From Planctomycetota bacterium (GTDB taxonomy: Bacteria; Planctomycetota; JAJSAM01; JAJVHW01): a DNA stretch of 64,000 bases. Location of the stretch: positions 1 to 64,000 of the forward strand of contig CBDFJG010000002.1 in the NCBI GenBank assembly GCA_965248445.1, in the 5' to 3' direction. Made by a program: the position numbers and the translations under genes. Numbering within the stretch: the first letter of the stretch is position 1; every line of letters begins with the position of its first letter. Below the pieces are notes generated by a model, which saw only the letters and a list, made by a program, of their open reading frames with translations, made no database searches and was not told the origin of the DNA. Below are positions 17,878 to 27,828 of the stretch, in pieces.

Positions 17878-18085
17878 CCGCCCTCCACGCCGTCGCGCTG
17901 ACTCCCGCAGAGATCGTCGGTGTCGCCGATCGCGTCGGGTGCTCGAGGGCGGCAAGGATGCGGACGTGATCGTGCTCGACGGCCCGGTCTACCAGCCGCG
18001 AACGCGGGTGCTCCGCGCTTGGATCCGTGGCACGGAGATCGAACTGACCCCGCGGCAGACCGAACTGGGCGACCGCTACCGCTGA
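17878..18085 (+). pseudogene. Amidohydrolase 3'-end fragment, copy 3 (frameshifted)
   Basis: Closely matches 17125-17315; both end GACCGCTACCGCTGA. Confidence 0.85.
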
Positions 18086-18120
18086 ATGCTGGTCTGTAGC
18101 TGCGGATGACCGTCATGGTC

Positions 18121-18136
18121 CTTACTATATGGTAAG
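18121..18136. promoter_or_regulatory. Palindromic candidate operator of the toxin-antitoxin operon
   Basis: CTTAC-TATATG-GTAAG in an AT-rich patch just upstream of the antitoxin ATG. Confidence 0.55.
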
Positions 18137-18144
18137 ATCTTAGT

Positions 18145-18381
18145 ATGGCCAGTGCGACGATCACGAGCAAGGGGCAGGTCACGATCCCCAAGGACGTCCG
18201 CGACGCCCTGGGACTGCATCAAGGCGACCGTCTGGAGTTCTCGGTCGAGAACGACGGCACGATCCGGGTGCGCCGCAAGACGCGAACGCTCACCGATCTG
18301 GTCGGCATCGTGAAGACCGACCGCCGCGCGACGATCCAGGAGATCGAGACGGCGATCCGCCGGGGTTGGAGCGGACCATGA
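18145..18381 (+). CDS. vapB: AbrB/MazE-type antitoxin
   Basis: ATITSKGQVTIPKDVRDALGL..GDRLEF. Confidence 0.9.
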   Translation: MASATITSKGQVTIPKDVRDALGLHQGDRLEFSVENDGTIRVRRKTRTLTDLVGIVKTDRRATIQEIETAIRRGWSGP

Positions 18382-18857
18382 TTGCGCTCGACACGAACGT
18401 CCTCGTCCGACTGCTCGTGGCGGACGAACCGAAGCAGACAGCGGAAGTCCGCCGGATGCTCCGTCGCGTTCAGGAAGAGAGGGCACAGGTCCTCATCCTG
18501 ACGGTGGTCGTCTGCGAGACGGCTTGGGTGCTGCGGTCGGTCTATCGTCTCGATCGCGAGGAGGTCGCCGACGCGCTCGAAACCGTCCTCGAAGGCGACC
18601 TCGTGGTGCTGCAGGACGCCGGCGCCGTCTCCCGCGCGCTCCGCGCGTTCCGGTCCGGCCGAGTCGACCTCTCCGACTACGTGGTTCGCGAGGCGTCATT
18701 CGACGGCGGCGCGCAGGCCGTTGCGACGTTCGACGCGCGTGCGCTGAAGGAACCGGGATTCGTCCGACCCGAGCCGCGCCGCTGGCCGCGGGACCTGGAA
18801 GTCCGCGAGGACGTGCCGCCCTACCGGCGACGCGCTGTCTCCGTCGTCTCTTCGTAG
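18378..18857 (+). CDS. vapC: PIN-domain toxin
   Basis: MIALDTNVLVR, E and D PIN residues, ATFD; ATGA overlap with the antitoxin. Confidence 0.9.
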   Translation: MIALDTNVLVRLLVADEPKQTAEVRRMLRRVQEERAQVLILTVVVCETAWVLRSVYRLDREEVADALETVLEGDLVVLQDAGAVSRALRAFRSGRVDLSDYVVREASFDGGAQAVATFDARALKEPGFVRPEPRRWPRDLEVREDVPPYRRRAVSVVSS

Positions 18858-18959
18858 CCCCGCGTCGTTCCGGACACACGGTGCCAGGCTCAGTTCGTCG
18901 GCGTGAGCGCCCAGCACCCGCCGCGGCGTGCGCGCGAGAGCCCGGCTCCGTACGTCGCG

Positions 18960-19573
18960 CGATCGGCCAGTCGATGATCTCGAGCCGGGTTGCCCGGGCA
19001 TCGTCGCGCGGTCCGACGGAGAGGGCTGCGTAATCGACAACCGTGTCGTGCATCGCGCCGGCGGCGTGGGGATCGTCGTCGAGATGACGGGCGGCACCGT
19101 GCGCGGGAATTCCGACACCGGCGGCTTTGCCGGCGACACCTCGATCGAAGTCTCGGGAGACGGGAACACCATTACCGGAAGCGTAGTGCGCCGTGCGGGC
19201 GCGTGTGGACTCGGCGTGCGCGGCGACGCTAACGTTGTTCAGCAGAATACGGTGGTCTCGCGGTGACGGCGTCCTCGTCGTCGGTTCTCGCAACGAACTC
19301 CTGCGTAACGATGTCACTGCCACGGGTGGATCTTCGGTGGTCGTCGACGGTCATCGCAACGTGGTCGAGGAGACCACGACCACAGGATCGTCGGAGAACG
19401 GGATCGAGATACTCGGCGGCATCGGGAACCGGGTCGTGGGCTGCCGCGTGAGCGGTTGTGCTGTGGCCGGGCTCTCGAATCAGGGCGCTAGCACGTCGCT
19501 GATCAACACGACGTTCTCGAACAACGGAGAGGACGTTGTGTCGCCGCTCCCGCTCACGAACGCAATCGAGTAG
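18960..19573 (+). pseudogene. Right-handed beta-helix repeat protein fragment, 5' truncated, frameshift near 19260
   Basis: Repeating GxxNxVxxN / GIxV units spread over two frames. Confidence 0.6.
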
Positions 19574-19650
19574 CTCGCTGCGCTGACCTCCTCGGCTAGT
19601 GAGGACGCGCGCCGACGGCTGGCAGTCACGTCGAAGCCCAAAGGAACGTG

Positions 19651-19698
19651 TAGAAAGCGGGACACTGGCAACTAGGTACACTTGTTGTCCCGCGTTCC
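19651..19698 (+). repeat. GAAAGCGGGACAC-family repeat, copy d (complete hairpin form)
   Basis: TAGAAAGCGGGACACTGGCAACTAGGTACACTTGTTGTCCCGCGTTCC; GCGGGACA/TGTCCCGC stem. Confidence 0.75.
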
Positions 19699-19725
19699 AC
19701 AGCGCTCGTCAGATTCTGACACACG

Positions 19726-20127
19726 GTGATGAAGTCAGCGCACTCGGCAGTTCTCATGATGGTCAGCAGCCCTTCCACCGAGCATGACAGTCTGCGCTAC
19801 TCGATGGGGTTCCCGCTGCGACCGTCCGTGACGCTGGCAATCCCCTACGTCTGGATATCGGTGTTCGCCGTCACCTTGCTCGCCGCCACGGCGAAGTTCC
19901 CGTTCGACGACGCGCCGCTTCGGCTGATCACCGCGGGCCAACTCACGGCCGCCACGGTTGTGAACGCTGTGTTGGTGATCCTGCTGGTCGCAGACACACG
20001 GCCCATCCGCCGCCAGCCGCGCGGAACACGCCTGGCGCCGTTTCTCGGGATCGTGTGCAGCGTGCTCGGCGTCTGCGCAGCTCAGTACGGTGCCGTTCTC
20101 GCGTACTCACCGGCTCTCTACCGCTAG
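19726..20127 (+). CDS. Small membrane protein, about three TM segments (start uncertain)
   Basis: Three hydrophobic stretches; bracketed by repeats d and e. Confidence 0.5.
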   Translation: MMKSAHSAVLMMVSSPSTEHDSLRYSMGFPLRPSVTLAIPYVWISVFAVTLLAATAKFPFDDAPLRLITAGQLTAATVVNAVLVILLVADTRPIRRQPRGTRLAPFLGIVCSVLGVCAAQYGAVLAYSPALYR

Positions 20128-20129
20128 CT

Positions 20130-20155
20130 TAGAAAGCGGGAAGTACACTTGTTGG
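20130..20155 (+). repeat. GAAAGCGGGACAC-family repeat, copy e (internally deleted)
   Basis: TAG-CTT-AGAAAGCGGGA-A-GTACACTTGTTG shares both halves of copy d. Confidence 0.7.
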
Positions 20156-23100
20156 CTGGCGGCCCGCGTCTGACGTCAGTCCTGGGCGTGAACGCGCGTC
20201 CAGTCGGCCACGATCGCGCGGTGCAGCGAATCCGCCGTGACGAACCGCTCGCGCTTCTCCTCGGGGAGTGCTGCCTGCAGTTCCCGCAGCAGCGTGTGCG
20301 ACTCCTCGAGCAGTTCCGTGTCGGCGGTGGCGCGCCACAGGCAGTGCAGCGACTGCACGAGCGCCGGCCGGCGGGTGGCGTTGCGGTACTTCACCAGCGC
20401 CTCGAGCGCGGCGTCGACGTCCGCACCGGGTAGCTGTGTGCGCAACGCGGCAGCTCCGAGGATCAGCATGCCGTCATTCATGCGGCGGCCGAGCGCGAGC
20501 GCCTCGTCGAACCGCGCTGCGGCGGAGTCTCCGCGCGCAAGGCGGACCTCGAGCTGGCCGATCGAGAGGAGGCTGCCGGCGACGGCGGGCAGCAACGACA
20601 TCTCGCGGTTCAGCGCCAGCGCCTCGAGACGGATCGCCAGCGCCTCCTCCTCCTTGTCCGCGATTCCCGCGAGCCCCGAGAGGGCGACGGTCTCGTACTG
20701 CCTTTGTCCGACCGCGCGGGCGAGCTCCCGTCCGCGCGTCAGCAGGTCGCGCGCACGCTGCTTCTCGCCGAGGAACGCCGAGATCGTCCCCATGTTGATC
20801 AGCGTGCCCGCCTCGCCCTCGCGGTTTCCGAGTTCGACCATGATTGCGAGACCGCGCTCCTGCCAGTCGCGCGCGTCCTCGTAGCGGCCGAGGTTCTGGG
20901 ATGTGTTGCCGAGCGCCATGCACGCGTTGCCGGCCCACATGCGGTTGCCGACCTGCTGCGCGAGATCGAGCCCGCGCTCGGCCAGCGCCAGCGAGTCCCC
21001 GAACCGGTTCAGCCGCTGCGCCACCTGGGCGATGTTGACGAGCGCACCGGCCAGCGCGTCGCGGTCGTCACCGCGCTCGTGGTGCGCGACGACCTGCTCG
21101 TGCAGCTCGAACGCCTGCTCGTGCTCTCCGAGCAGGCTGAGCCCGCTCGCGCAGTTGCCGAGGGCGATGGCCACCGCCTCCTCGTTCTCGATCTCGCGCG
21201 CCAGGTCGGCGCACTGTGTGTGCAGATCGACCGACTCGCGGTAGTGCCCGACGCGCGAGATCACGGACGCCACGGCGGTCTGCGCGTGAAACTCGCGGAG
21301 CCGGTCGCCCGCCTCGCGCGCGAGAGCGAGCGCCTCCTCGCCGTCGGCTTGCGCGCCCTCGAAGGCCGAGGTCAGCAGGCGGTTGCGGCTGCGCATCACG
21401 AGCGCGCGCGACCGCAGAGCGGGAGTCCCCGCGAGCGCGAGCGCTTCCTCGCACGCGGCACTCTCCGCGTCCCGCCGGCCGAGCGAACCGAGCCGCGCCG
21501 CCTGGCGCAGGAGCAGTTCGCAGCGGTCATCTCCGGTGAGCAGTCCGGGGGCTTCGAGCGCGGCGGTCGCGATCGCGACGACGTCGTGGTGGCGGGCGCG
21601 CGCCGCGAGGTGGTCGAGGGCCGACCGCAGGTACGGCAGGGCGGCGTCGCCCTGCTTGCCGCGCAGGTAGTGGTGGCAGATCTGCGCATCGACGGCGCCG
21701 TCCCGCGCGCCTCCGGAGAGGCGCTCGAGCGCCGCGGCCAGCTCCGCGTGGTACTCCTCGCGAAGAGGCTCGGACAGCCCGGCGTACAGCGCCTCCTGGA
21801 TCTGATGGTGGTCGAAGACGAAGCGGGGCCCGACCGCCCGCACGACGCGGTGAGTCCTCTCGATCTTGCCGAGCCGCCGTAGAAACGGGATGCGCGCGAG
21901 ACCGAGCGTCTCCGCGACCCAGTCGGCGCGGAACTCGAAGCCGCAACACGCGGCCACCTCGAGCAGCTCCTGGTCCTCCTCGGATAGGTCGGAGATGCGC
22001 GCGCGCACCAGGTCGGTGACCGACTCGGGGATCGTGATCTCCTCGATCAGCTGTGTCGAGACCCAGCTGCCGTCGGGACGGCGCGTCAGGAACTGTCCCT
22101 CCTTCAGTCCGCGGATGATCTCCAGCGCGAAGAACGGATTGCCGTCCGACTTCTGCGCGATCTTCATGCTCAGGTCGCTCGCGAGCCGCTCCGAGCGGAA
22201 CGCGTCGACGAGGAGCTTGGCCAGGTCGTTCGGCCCGAGGCGCGTGAGGCGCAGCGCGGCTGCGTGCGGCAACTGCTCGAGGTCTTTCGTCCAGCGGCTG
22301 GACGGCATCGGCCGCGTGGTGCCGACCAGCAGCAGACGATGGCGCGGGGCGGCCAGCGCGAGGGCCGCGAAGAGACCCCGTGCCGCTTCGCCCGCGAAGT
22401 GCAGGTCGTCGATCAGCAGCACCGTGGTGCGTTCGGCGGCGAACGCGCGGGTGAGCAGGACGCTGAGCGTCCTGAGTGCCTCGGAGCCGAGCGCCGCCGC
22501 GCCGTCCCGGGCGGCGACGCCGCGCATCATCGCCGCGAACGACGGAACCAGCGACGGCGTGTCCGGGAGGTGGCGCAGGAGCGCCTCCTCCAGGTCTTCC
22601 TCACCGAGGAGCTCCCGATAGGCCTGTGCGAACGCGCCGGCCGCGACGCCGACCGCTCCCGGCGGGTAGGAGCCGTGCAGGAAGTGGAAGTCCCGGCCGT
22701 CGTCGCCGAGCCGTGCGACCAGCTCGTCCACCAAGCGCGTCTTACCGATGCCCGCCTCGCCCTCGAGCACGACGACCTGGCCGTCGCCGCCGTCCGCCTG
22801 GTCGAACAGGGCGCGCAGCGTCGCCAGCTCGTCGTCGCGGCCGTAGACGTCGGTGTCGCGCGGCACGCGGATGCGCCGGAGGGCGCGGCCGCTCGAGCGC
22901 CGCAGTGCGGCCGCGCGGTCTTTCCACCACGCACCGCTCTCGCCCTGGTCCAGCACGCGCAAGAACGCCTCGGCCGACGCGAACCGGTCGTCCCGCTCCT
23001 TGGCCAGGAGCACGTGTACGACCTCCTCGAGAAACGGGGAGACCTGCGGGTTCAATCGTCCGAGGCGGCGAGGCGTAGCGGTGAGAACGGCCTGGATCGT

Positions 23101-23768
23101 GCCGGCCATGTCGTCGGCGACGAACGGATGCTCACCGGTGAGCAGCTCATAGAGGACGACACCGAGGGAGAAGAGGTCGGAGCGCCCGTCGAGCGCGGCG
23201 TCCTTCCCGCGGAACTGCTCGGGTGACGCGTACGCCACGGACCCCAGAAACGCGCCCGTCCGTGAGAGCTTCCCCGCCTCTCCGGCCAGGTAGGCGAGGC
23301 CGAGGTCCATCACCTTGACCTCGTGGTCCCCGGTGATGAGCACGTTGGACGGCTTCACGTCCCGGTGCACCGCGCCCGCCGCGTGGATGGCCCCGAGACC
23401 CGCCGCCACAGCGCGCGCGATACCCCGCACGAGCTGTTCGGGTACGCGCTGCAGCTCCGCGACGAGCTCGGCAAGCGTCTGGCCGTCCACGTAGTCCATC
23501 ACAAGGAACTCGCGGCCGGCCGCGGAACCGGCGTCGTACGTGCGGACGACGTTCTCGTGGACCACCCGTTTCCCGATCTCGGCCTCGCGCTCGAAACGCG
23601 CGTGCACTGCCAGTCCGCTGCGCATGTGCGGGTGGATCAGTTTCAACGCGAACCGCTGTCCCCCGCGCTCGGCCAGGAACACCCGCCCCATGGAACCGGA
23701 CCCGAGCTCGGACCGCAGCCGGTACCCGCCGACCTGGTCGCCGATGCGGACCGACTGGTCGTCGGGGG

Positions 23769-25300
23769 GTACCCGTTCAGCCCTTGGTTCTGAGCTCGGA
23801 TCCAGATCGCTTTCCGTTCGGTCGATGAATCGGATGTGGGCACCGATGAGCTGCGTGATCTGGTCGAGCGCCTGACCCGTCGTCTGGACGCTCGGGACGA
23901 GACGATTGCCGAGCAGGCGGAGGTGATCGAGCGGCAGGCGGCACGGATCGACGATCTCGAGAGCCGTCTTCGCCGGGACTCCCGCACCTCCTCGCGCCCA
24001 CCGTCCTCGGATCCGTCGTGGTCCAAGAAGCGGCGGCGGCGCAAGCCGCCGTCGGACAAGCGCCAGGGTGCGCAGCCCGGCCACAAAGGGGCGACGCGCA
24101 AGCTCGTGGACGAGTCCGAGGTCGATGGCGTAGAGGACCACCGCCCGCGCGAGTGCAGCGCGTGTGGGAGCGACGTGCTCGTCCCGATCGATCGCGCCCC
24201 GACACGCCAGCAGGTCTTCGAGGTCCCGCCACGGCTGATCCAGGTGACCGAGCACCGGTTGCACCGGGCACGGTGCACGGACTGTGGCGCCACGTCCACT
24301 GCCTCGCTGCCAAGCGGTGTGACGGCGAGTCCCTTCGGCCCGCGACTCTGTGCGCTCACCGCGGCTCTGGTCGGCGTCTTCCGCCTGTCGCGGCGCGAGA
24401 CCAGTCGTCTGTTGCGTGACGTCATCGGCGTCTCGATGTCACCGGGCACGGTCAGTGCGATCGAGGAGCGGGTGTCGGGAGCCATCTCCTCAGCGCACAT
24501 CGAGGCCCTCGGGGCCGTACGCACGAGCAGCGTCGCCTATGTAGACGAGACACCGTGGTCGCGTCGTGGCACGCTGCATTGGCTGTGGAGCGCGGTCTGT
24601 GAGCACGCCACGGTCCATCGTATCGATCGGCGCAGGAGCGCCAAGGCCATGCGGCGACTCGTGGGCAAGCGCTTCAGGGGCGTCCTCGTGACCGACCGTA
24701 TGGGCGCTTACGACCAGCATCCCACCGAGCGCCGCCAGATCTGCTGGGCGCATCTCGAGAGGGACTTTCGAGCGCTGGCCGAGGGCTCGCGCGGCGGCCG
24801 GCGCTTCGGCAAGCAGGCCGTGCGTCTCGCCCAGGCTGTCATGCGAGCTCAGCGTCACTTCGGCGAGCACGGGGACCGCGACCGCATGCGGCGTGAGCTG
24901 CGTCTCACATGGGACCGACTCCTGACGCTGCTCGTGCGCGGCGCAGACAGCAAGCACCGCCGAGTACGCGGAACGACTCGGCATCTGCTCGACCGAGCGG
25001 AGGCTCTGTGGACCTTCGCCGACGTCCCTGGCGTCTCCCCGACGAACAACGCCGCTGAGCGCGCGGTGCGCAAGCCGGTCCTGTGGAGACGCGCAACGCA
25101 CGGAAGTCAGAGCGAGCGCGGACTCCGCTTCGTCGAGCGCATCCTGACCGTCACCGCCACGCTCCGCCAGCGTGGCGAGAGCGTCTTCGATTACCTCGCA
25201 GACGTCAGCGCGGCACTCGCGCACAACCGCTCGCCGCCGGCTCTCGTCGCGCTCCCGATCACGCGCTGAGGCCGCGGATCGTCATACCCTGAACGGGTAC
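23769..25300 (+). mobile_element. IS66-family element, single-ORF
   Basis: 12-bp inverted repeat GTACCCGTTCAG; 8-bp target duplication GTCGGGGG at 23761-23768 and 25301-25308. Confidence 0.95.
23836..25269 (+). CDS. IS66 transposase
   Basis: SSRPPSSD, VDETPW, QICWAH, TNNAAERAVR. Confidence 0.95.
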   Translation: MGTDELRDLVERLTRRLDARDETIAEQAEVIERQAARIDDLESRLRRDSRTSSRPPSSDPSWSKKRRRRKPPSDKRQGAQPGHKGATRKLVDESEVDGVEDHRPRECSACGSDVLVPIDRAPTRQQVFEVPPRLIQVTEHRLHRARCTDCGATSTASLPSGVTASPFGPRLCALTAALVGVFRLSRRETSRLLRDVIGVSMSPGTVSAIEERVSGAISSAHIEALGAVRTSSVAYVDETPWSRRGTLHWLWSAVCEHATVHRIDRRRSAKAMRRLVGKRFRGVLVTDRMGAYDQHPTERRQICWAHLERDFRALAEGSRGGRRFGKQAVRLAQAVMRAQRHFGEHGDRDRMRRELRLTWDRLLTLLVRGADSKHRRVRGTTRHLLDRAEALWTFADVPGVSPTNNAAERAVRKPVLWRRATHGSQSERGLRFVERILTVTATLRQRGESVFDYLADVSAALAHNRSPPALVALPITR

Positions 25301-25622
25301 GTCGGGGGAGCCGAGGAGCTCATCGTCCGCGTCGTGGTGGGCGAGCAGCTCGAGCACCTCCGTGCGCACGGCCGGCTCCGCTCGCGCCAGGCGCTCCTCC
25401 CGCGTCTCGGGCGGCAGGCCGCGAACGGCCTCGAACAGCGCGGCGACGGCTTGAAAGTGCTCGGATCTCATGGTCTCGGACGACATGGATGCTCCCACCG
25501 GGAGTGCGGAATTCGCGAGGGGGATTCCCACGCCGAGGGCCGATTCCCATGGGAGTCCCGGCCACGGCCGCCGCATCTCCTGGTAGGGACGCCCGTGTGG
25601 GCTCCCGCGAAGGAGTTCCGCC

Positions 25623-26051
25623 ATGTCGATCATCGCCCGCCACTGCCCCCGCCGCCTTGTCCCTGTGCTCGTGATCGGGCTCGCCGCCGCCGCTCTCGTG
25701 AGCGTGGACGCCGAGGCCGGCCGGCGGCGCAGGAAGCCCCCCCGCCGCGTGGATCCGAGTGTCGCGGGACCCGCCGAGAAGCACGGTGGCATCGGTGGCG
25801 GAATGGCCTTCTCGGCGAGGGGAACGCTCCTGACGCTCCACGCCGAGGTGCAGCAGGTCGCAGGTCGCGGGCAGTAACCAACAGACCACCCCGCAGGGGC
25901 TCATCTACGAGGTGAAGACGCGCACGACCCGCCTCTTGTCCGAGAACCCGGTAACGGGCGCGCCGGGCAACGAGGGTAGGTGGCGCTCGACGGTCAGCCC
26001 GGATGGCCGCTGGATCGTGTTCTCGAGTTCGGCGGCCGACCTGCTCGACGA
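25623..26051 (+). pseudogene. N-terminal part of the TolB/PD40-like beta-propeller gene (signal peptide; 7-bp duplication frameshift)
   Basis: Signal-like N-terminus; SPDGRWIVFSSSAADLLD; CAGGTCG duplicated at 25854-25867. Confidence 0.7.
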
Positions 26052-26760
26052 GAGCGTGTGGGAGGACGAATACGCGGCCTGGAACCGGCGCTCGCTGGCT
26101 GGCAAGCGCTACGTCTATCTGTGGGTGGACGGGATCTACGTGAACGTGCGGCTGACGGGCGAACGCGCCTGCATCCTGGTCGTGATCGGCGCCACGGCGG
26201 ACGGGGACAAGGAACTGCTCGCGGTCCACGACGGCGTGCGCGAGAGCGAGGAGAGCTGGACCGACGTGCTCTTGGACCTTCGCGACCGCGGGATGACGGC
26301 TCCCGAGATCGCGACGGGCGACGGGGCCCTGGGCTTCTGGAAGGCCGCGGCGAAGGTCTTGCCCATGACGCGATGGCAACGGTGCTGGGTCCACAAGACG
26401 GCCAACGTGCTCAACAAGCTCCCGAAGAAGCTGCAGCTCGAGGCGAAGCGCCGGCTGCACGAGATCTGGGGTGCCGCCACGCGCAAGGACGCCGAGCTTG
26501 CCATGCGATCCCTCGGCGAACTGCTCCGCGCCAAGTACCCCAAGGCCGTGGAGTGCGTCGAGAAGGACAAGGAGGCGCTGCTCGCCTTCTACGACTTCCC
26601 GGCCGAGCACTGGAAGCACCTGCGAACGACGAACCCGATCGAGTCCACCTTCGCCACCGTGCGGCTGCGGACCAACCGCACGAAGGGCGCGGGCTCACGC
26701 ACCGCGTGCCTCACGAAGGTCTTCAAGCTCTGTCAGACCGCCGCTCGCTCATGGCGCCGC
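26052..26760 (+). pseudogene. IS256-family transposase internal fragment
   Basis: YLWVDGIY, GDGALGFW, QRCWVHK, RTTNPIES; both ends missing. Confidence 0.9.
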
Positions 26761-26799
26761 GGGACGTGTCAACGACTTTGAGACACCGCGTCTTCGAGT

Positions 26800-27828
26800 T
26801 TAGTGAGCAGCCTCCTGTGTCGCAGTCTCCAGCGCCGCGAGTTCCCGGGCCGGCGGGTTGATCCACGTCTCGGTCGGCAGAGCCGGCGGCGTCGGCGCAC
26901 GGCGCACGAAGCGCTCGGGATGCGCCGCGTACGCGGCATCGAGCACGACCGAGCGCGCGGCGACGGCCGCTTCGGCGCGGCCGTAGTGCACGGTCTCGGG
27001 CGTCAGCAGCCCGAGACTCGAGTGACGATGCTCGCGGTTGTACCAGTGGAAAAAGGCGCGGCAGTGCGCCCGCGCGTCCTCGATGCAGCCGAAGCGCGCT
27101 GGGAAGTCCGGCCGGTACTTCAGCGTGCGGAATTGGCTCTCGGAAAACGGATTGTCATTCGACGTGTACGGCCGGCTGTGCGACTTCGTCACGCCGAGAT
27201 CGGCGAGCAGAAAGGCCACCGGCTTGCTGATCATCGGCGGCCCCCGATCGGAGTGGATCGTGAGCTGCTCCGCCGCGATCCCCTGCTTCTCGCAGGACTG
27301 CTCGATGAGTGCCGTCGCCAGCGCACCGCTCTCGCAGTCCGCCAGCATCCAGCCCACGACGTTGCGGGAGTAGATGTCGAGCACGACGTAGAGATAGAAG
27401 TAGCTCCACTTCACCGGGCCGCGGAGCTTGGTGATGTCCCAGCTCCAGACCTGGTTCGGGGAGGTCGCGAGGAGCTCGGGCTTCTTGTACGCGGGATGAC
27501 GCAGCTGGTTGCGGCGCTCACGCACAGCACCAGCCGCACCGAGGATGCGGTACATCGTGCGCACCGAGCACAGGTAGCGTCCCTCGTCGAGCAGGATCGC
27601 CCACGCCGCAAGCGGTGACAGATCGCAGAAGCGCTCCTCGCTCAGCACCGCGAGTACGGTAAGACGCTCGTCGATCGTGAGGGCGCGCGGCGAGCGCCGG
27701 CGCGGCTGCTGGGGCCGGGGGCACGTGCGTGCCGTTCGGCGCCGATAGAGCGTGGCGCGCGTGACTCCGAGCGCGCGGCACGCGGGGGCGACGCCCACGC
27801 GTCCCCCCAGCTCCTCCGCCGCAATCAC
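26800..27828 (-). CDS. IS3 OrfB DDE transposase
   Basis: WSWDIT, HSDRG, DNPFSESQF; GTGA overlap with orfA. Confidence 0.9.
   Translation of the reverse strand: MIAAEELGGRVGVAPACRALGVTRATLYRRRTARTCPRPQQPRRRSPRALTIDERLTVLAVLSEERFCDLSPLAAWAILLDEGRYLCSVRTMYRILGAAGAVRERRNQLRHPAYKKPELLATSPNQVWSWDITKLRGPVKWSYFYLYVVLDIYSRNVVGWMLADCESGALATALIEQSCEKQGIAAEQLTIHSDRGPPMISKPVAFLLADLGVTKSHSRPYTSNDNPFSESQFRTLKYRPDFPARFGCIEDARAHCRAFFHWYNREHRHSSLGLLTPETVHYGRAEAAVAARSVVLDAAYAAHPERFVRRAPTPPALPTETWINPPARELAALETATQEAAH

Larger units (their letters stand above)
20176..25486 (-). pseudogene. Ser/Thr kinase - AAA ATPase - TPR protein interrupted by IS66
   Basis: LGSGSMG, HRDVKPSN, GEAGIGKT, IDDLHF, TPR repeats; N-terminus MSSETMRSEHF at 25486-25301 rejoins across the target duplication. 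Confidence 0.9.

Noticed and set aside
15765..18085. Diversity-generating retroelement template/variable repeats
   Set aside because: No reverse transcriptase in the window; differences include indels and are not confined to adenines.
15690..20170. Classical integron
   Set aside because: No attC-type RYYYAAC/GTTRRRY ends were recognised; the nearby tyrosine recombinase is phage-type with xis and is truncated.
25912..26781. Propeller-transposase fusion protein
   Set aside because: In-frame junction of two broken genes; the upstream part is frameshifted and the transposase lacks both ends.
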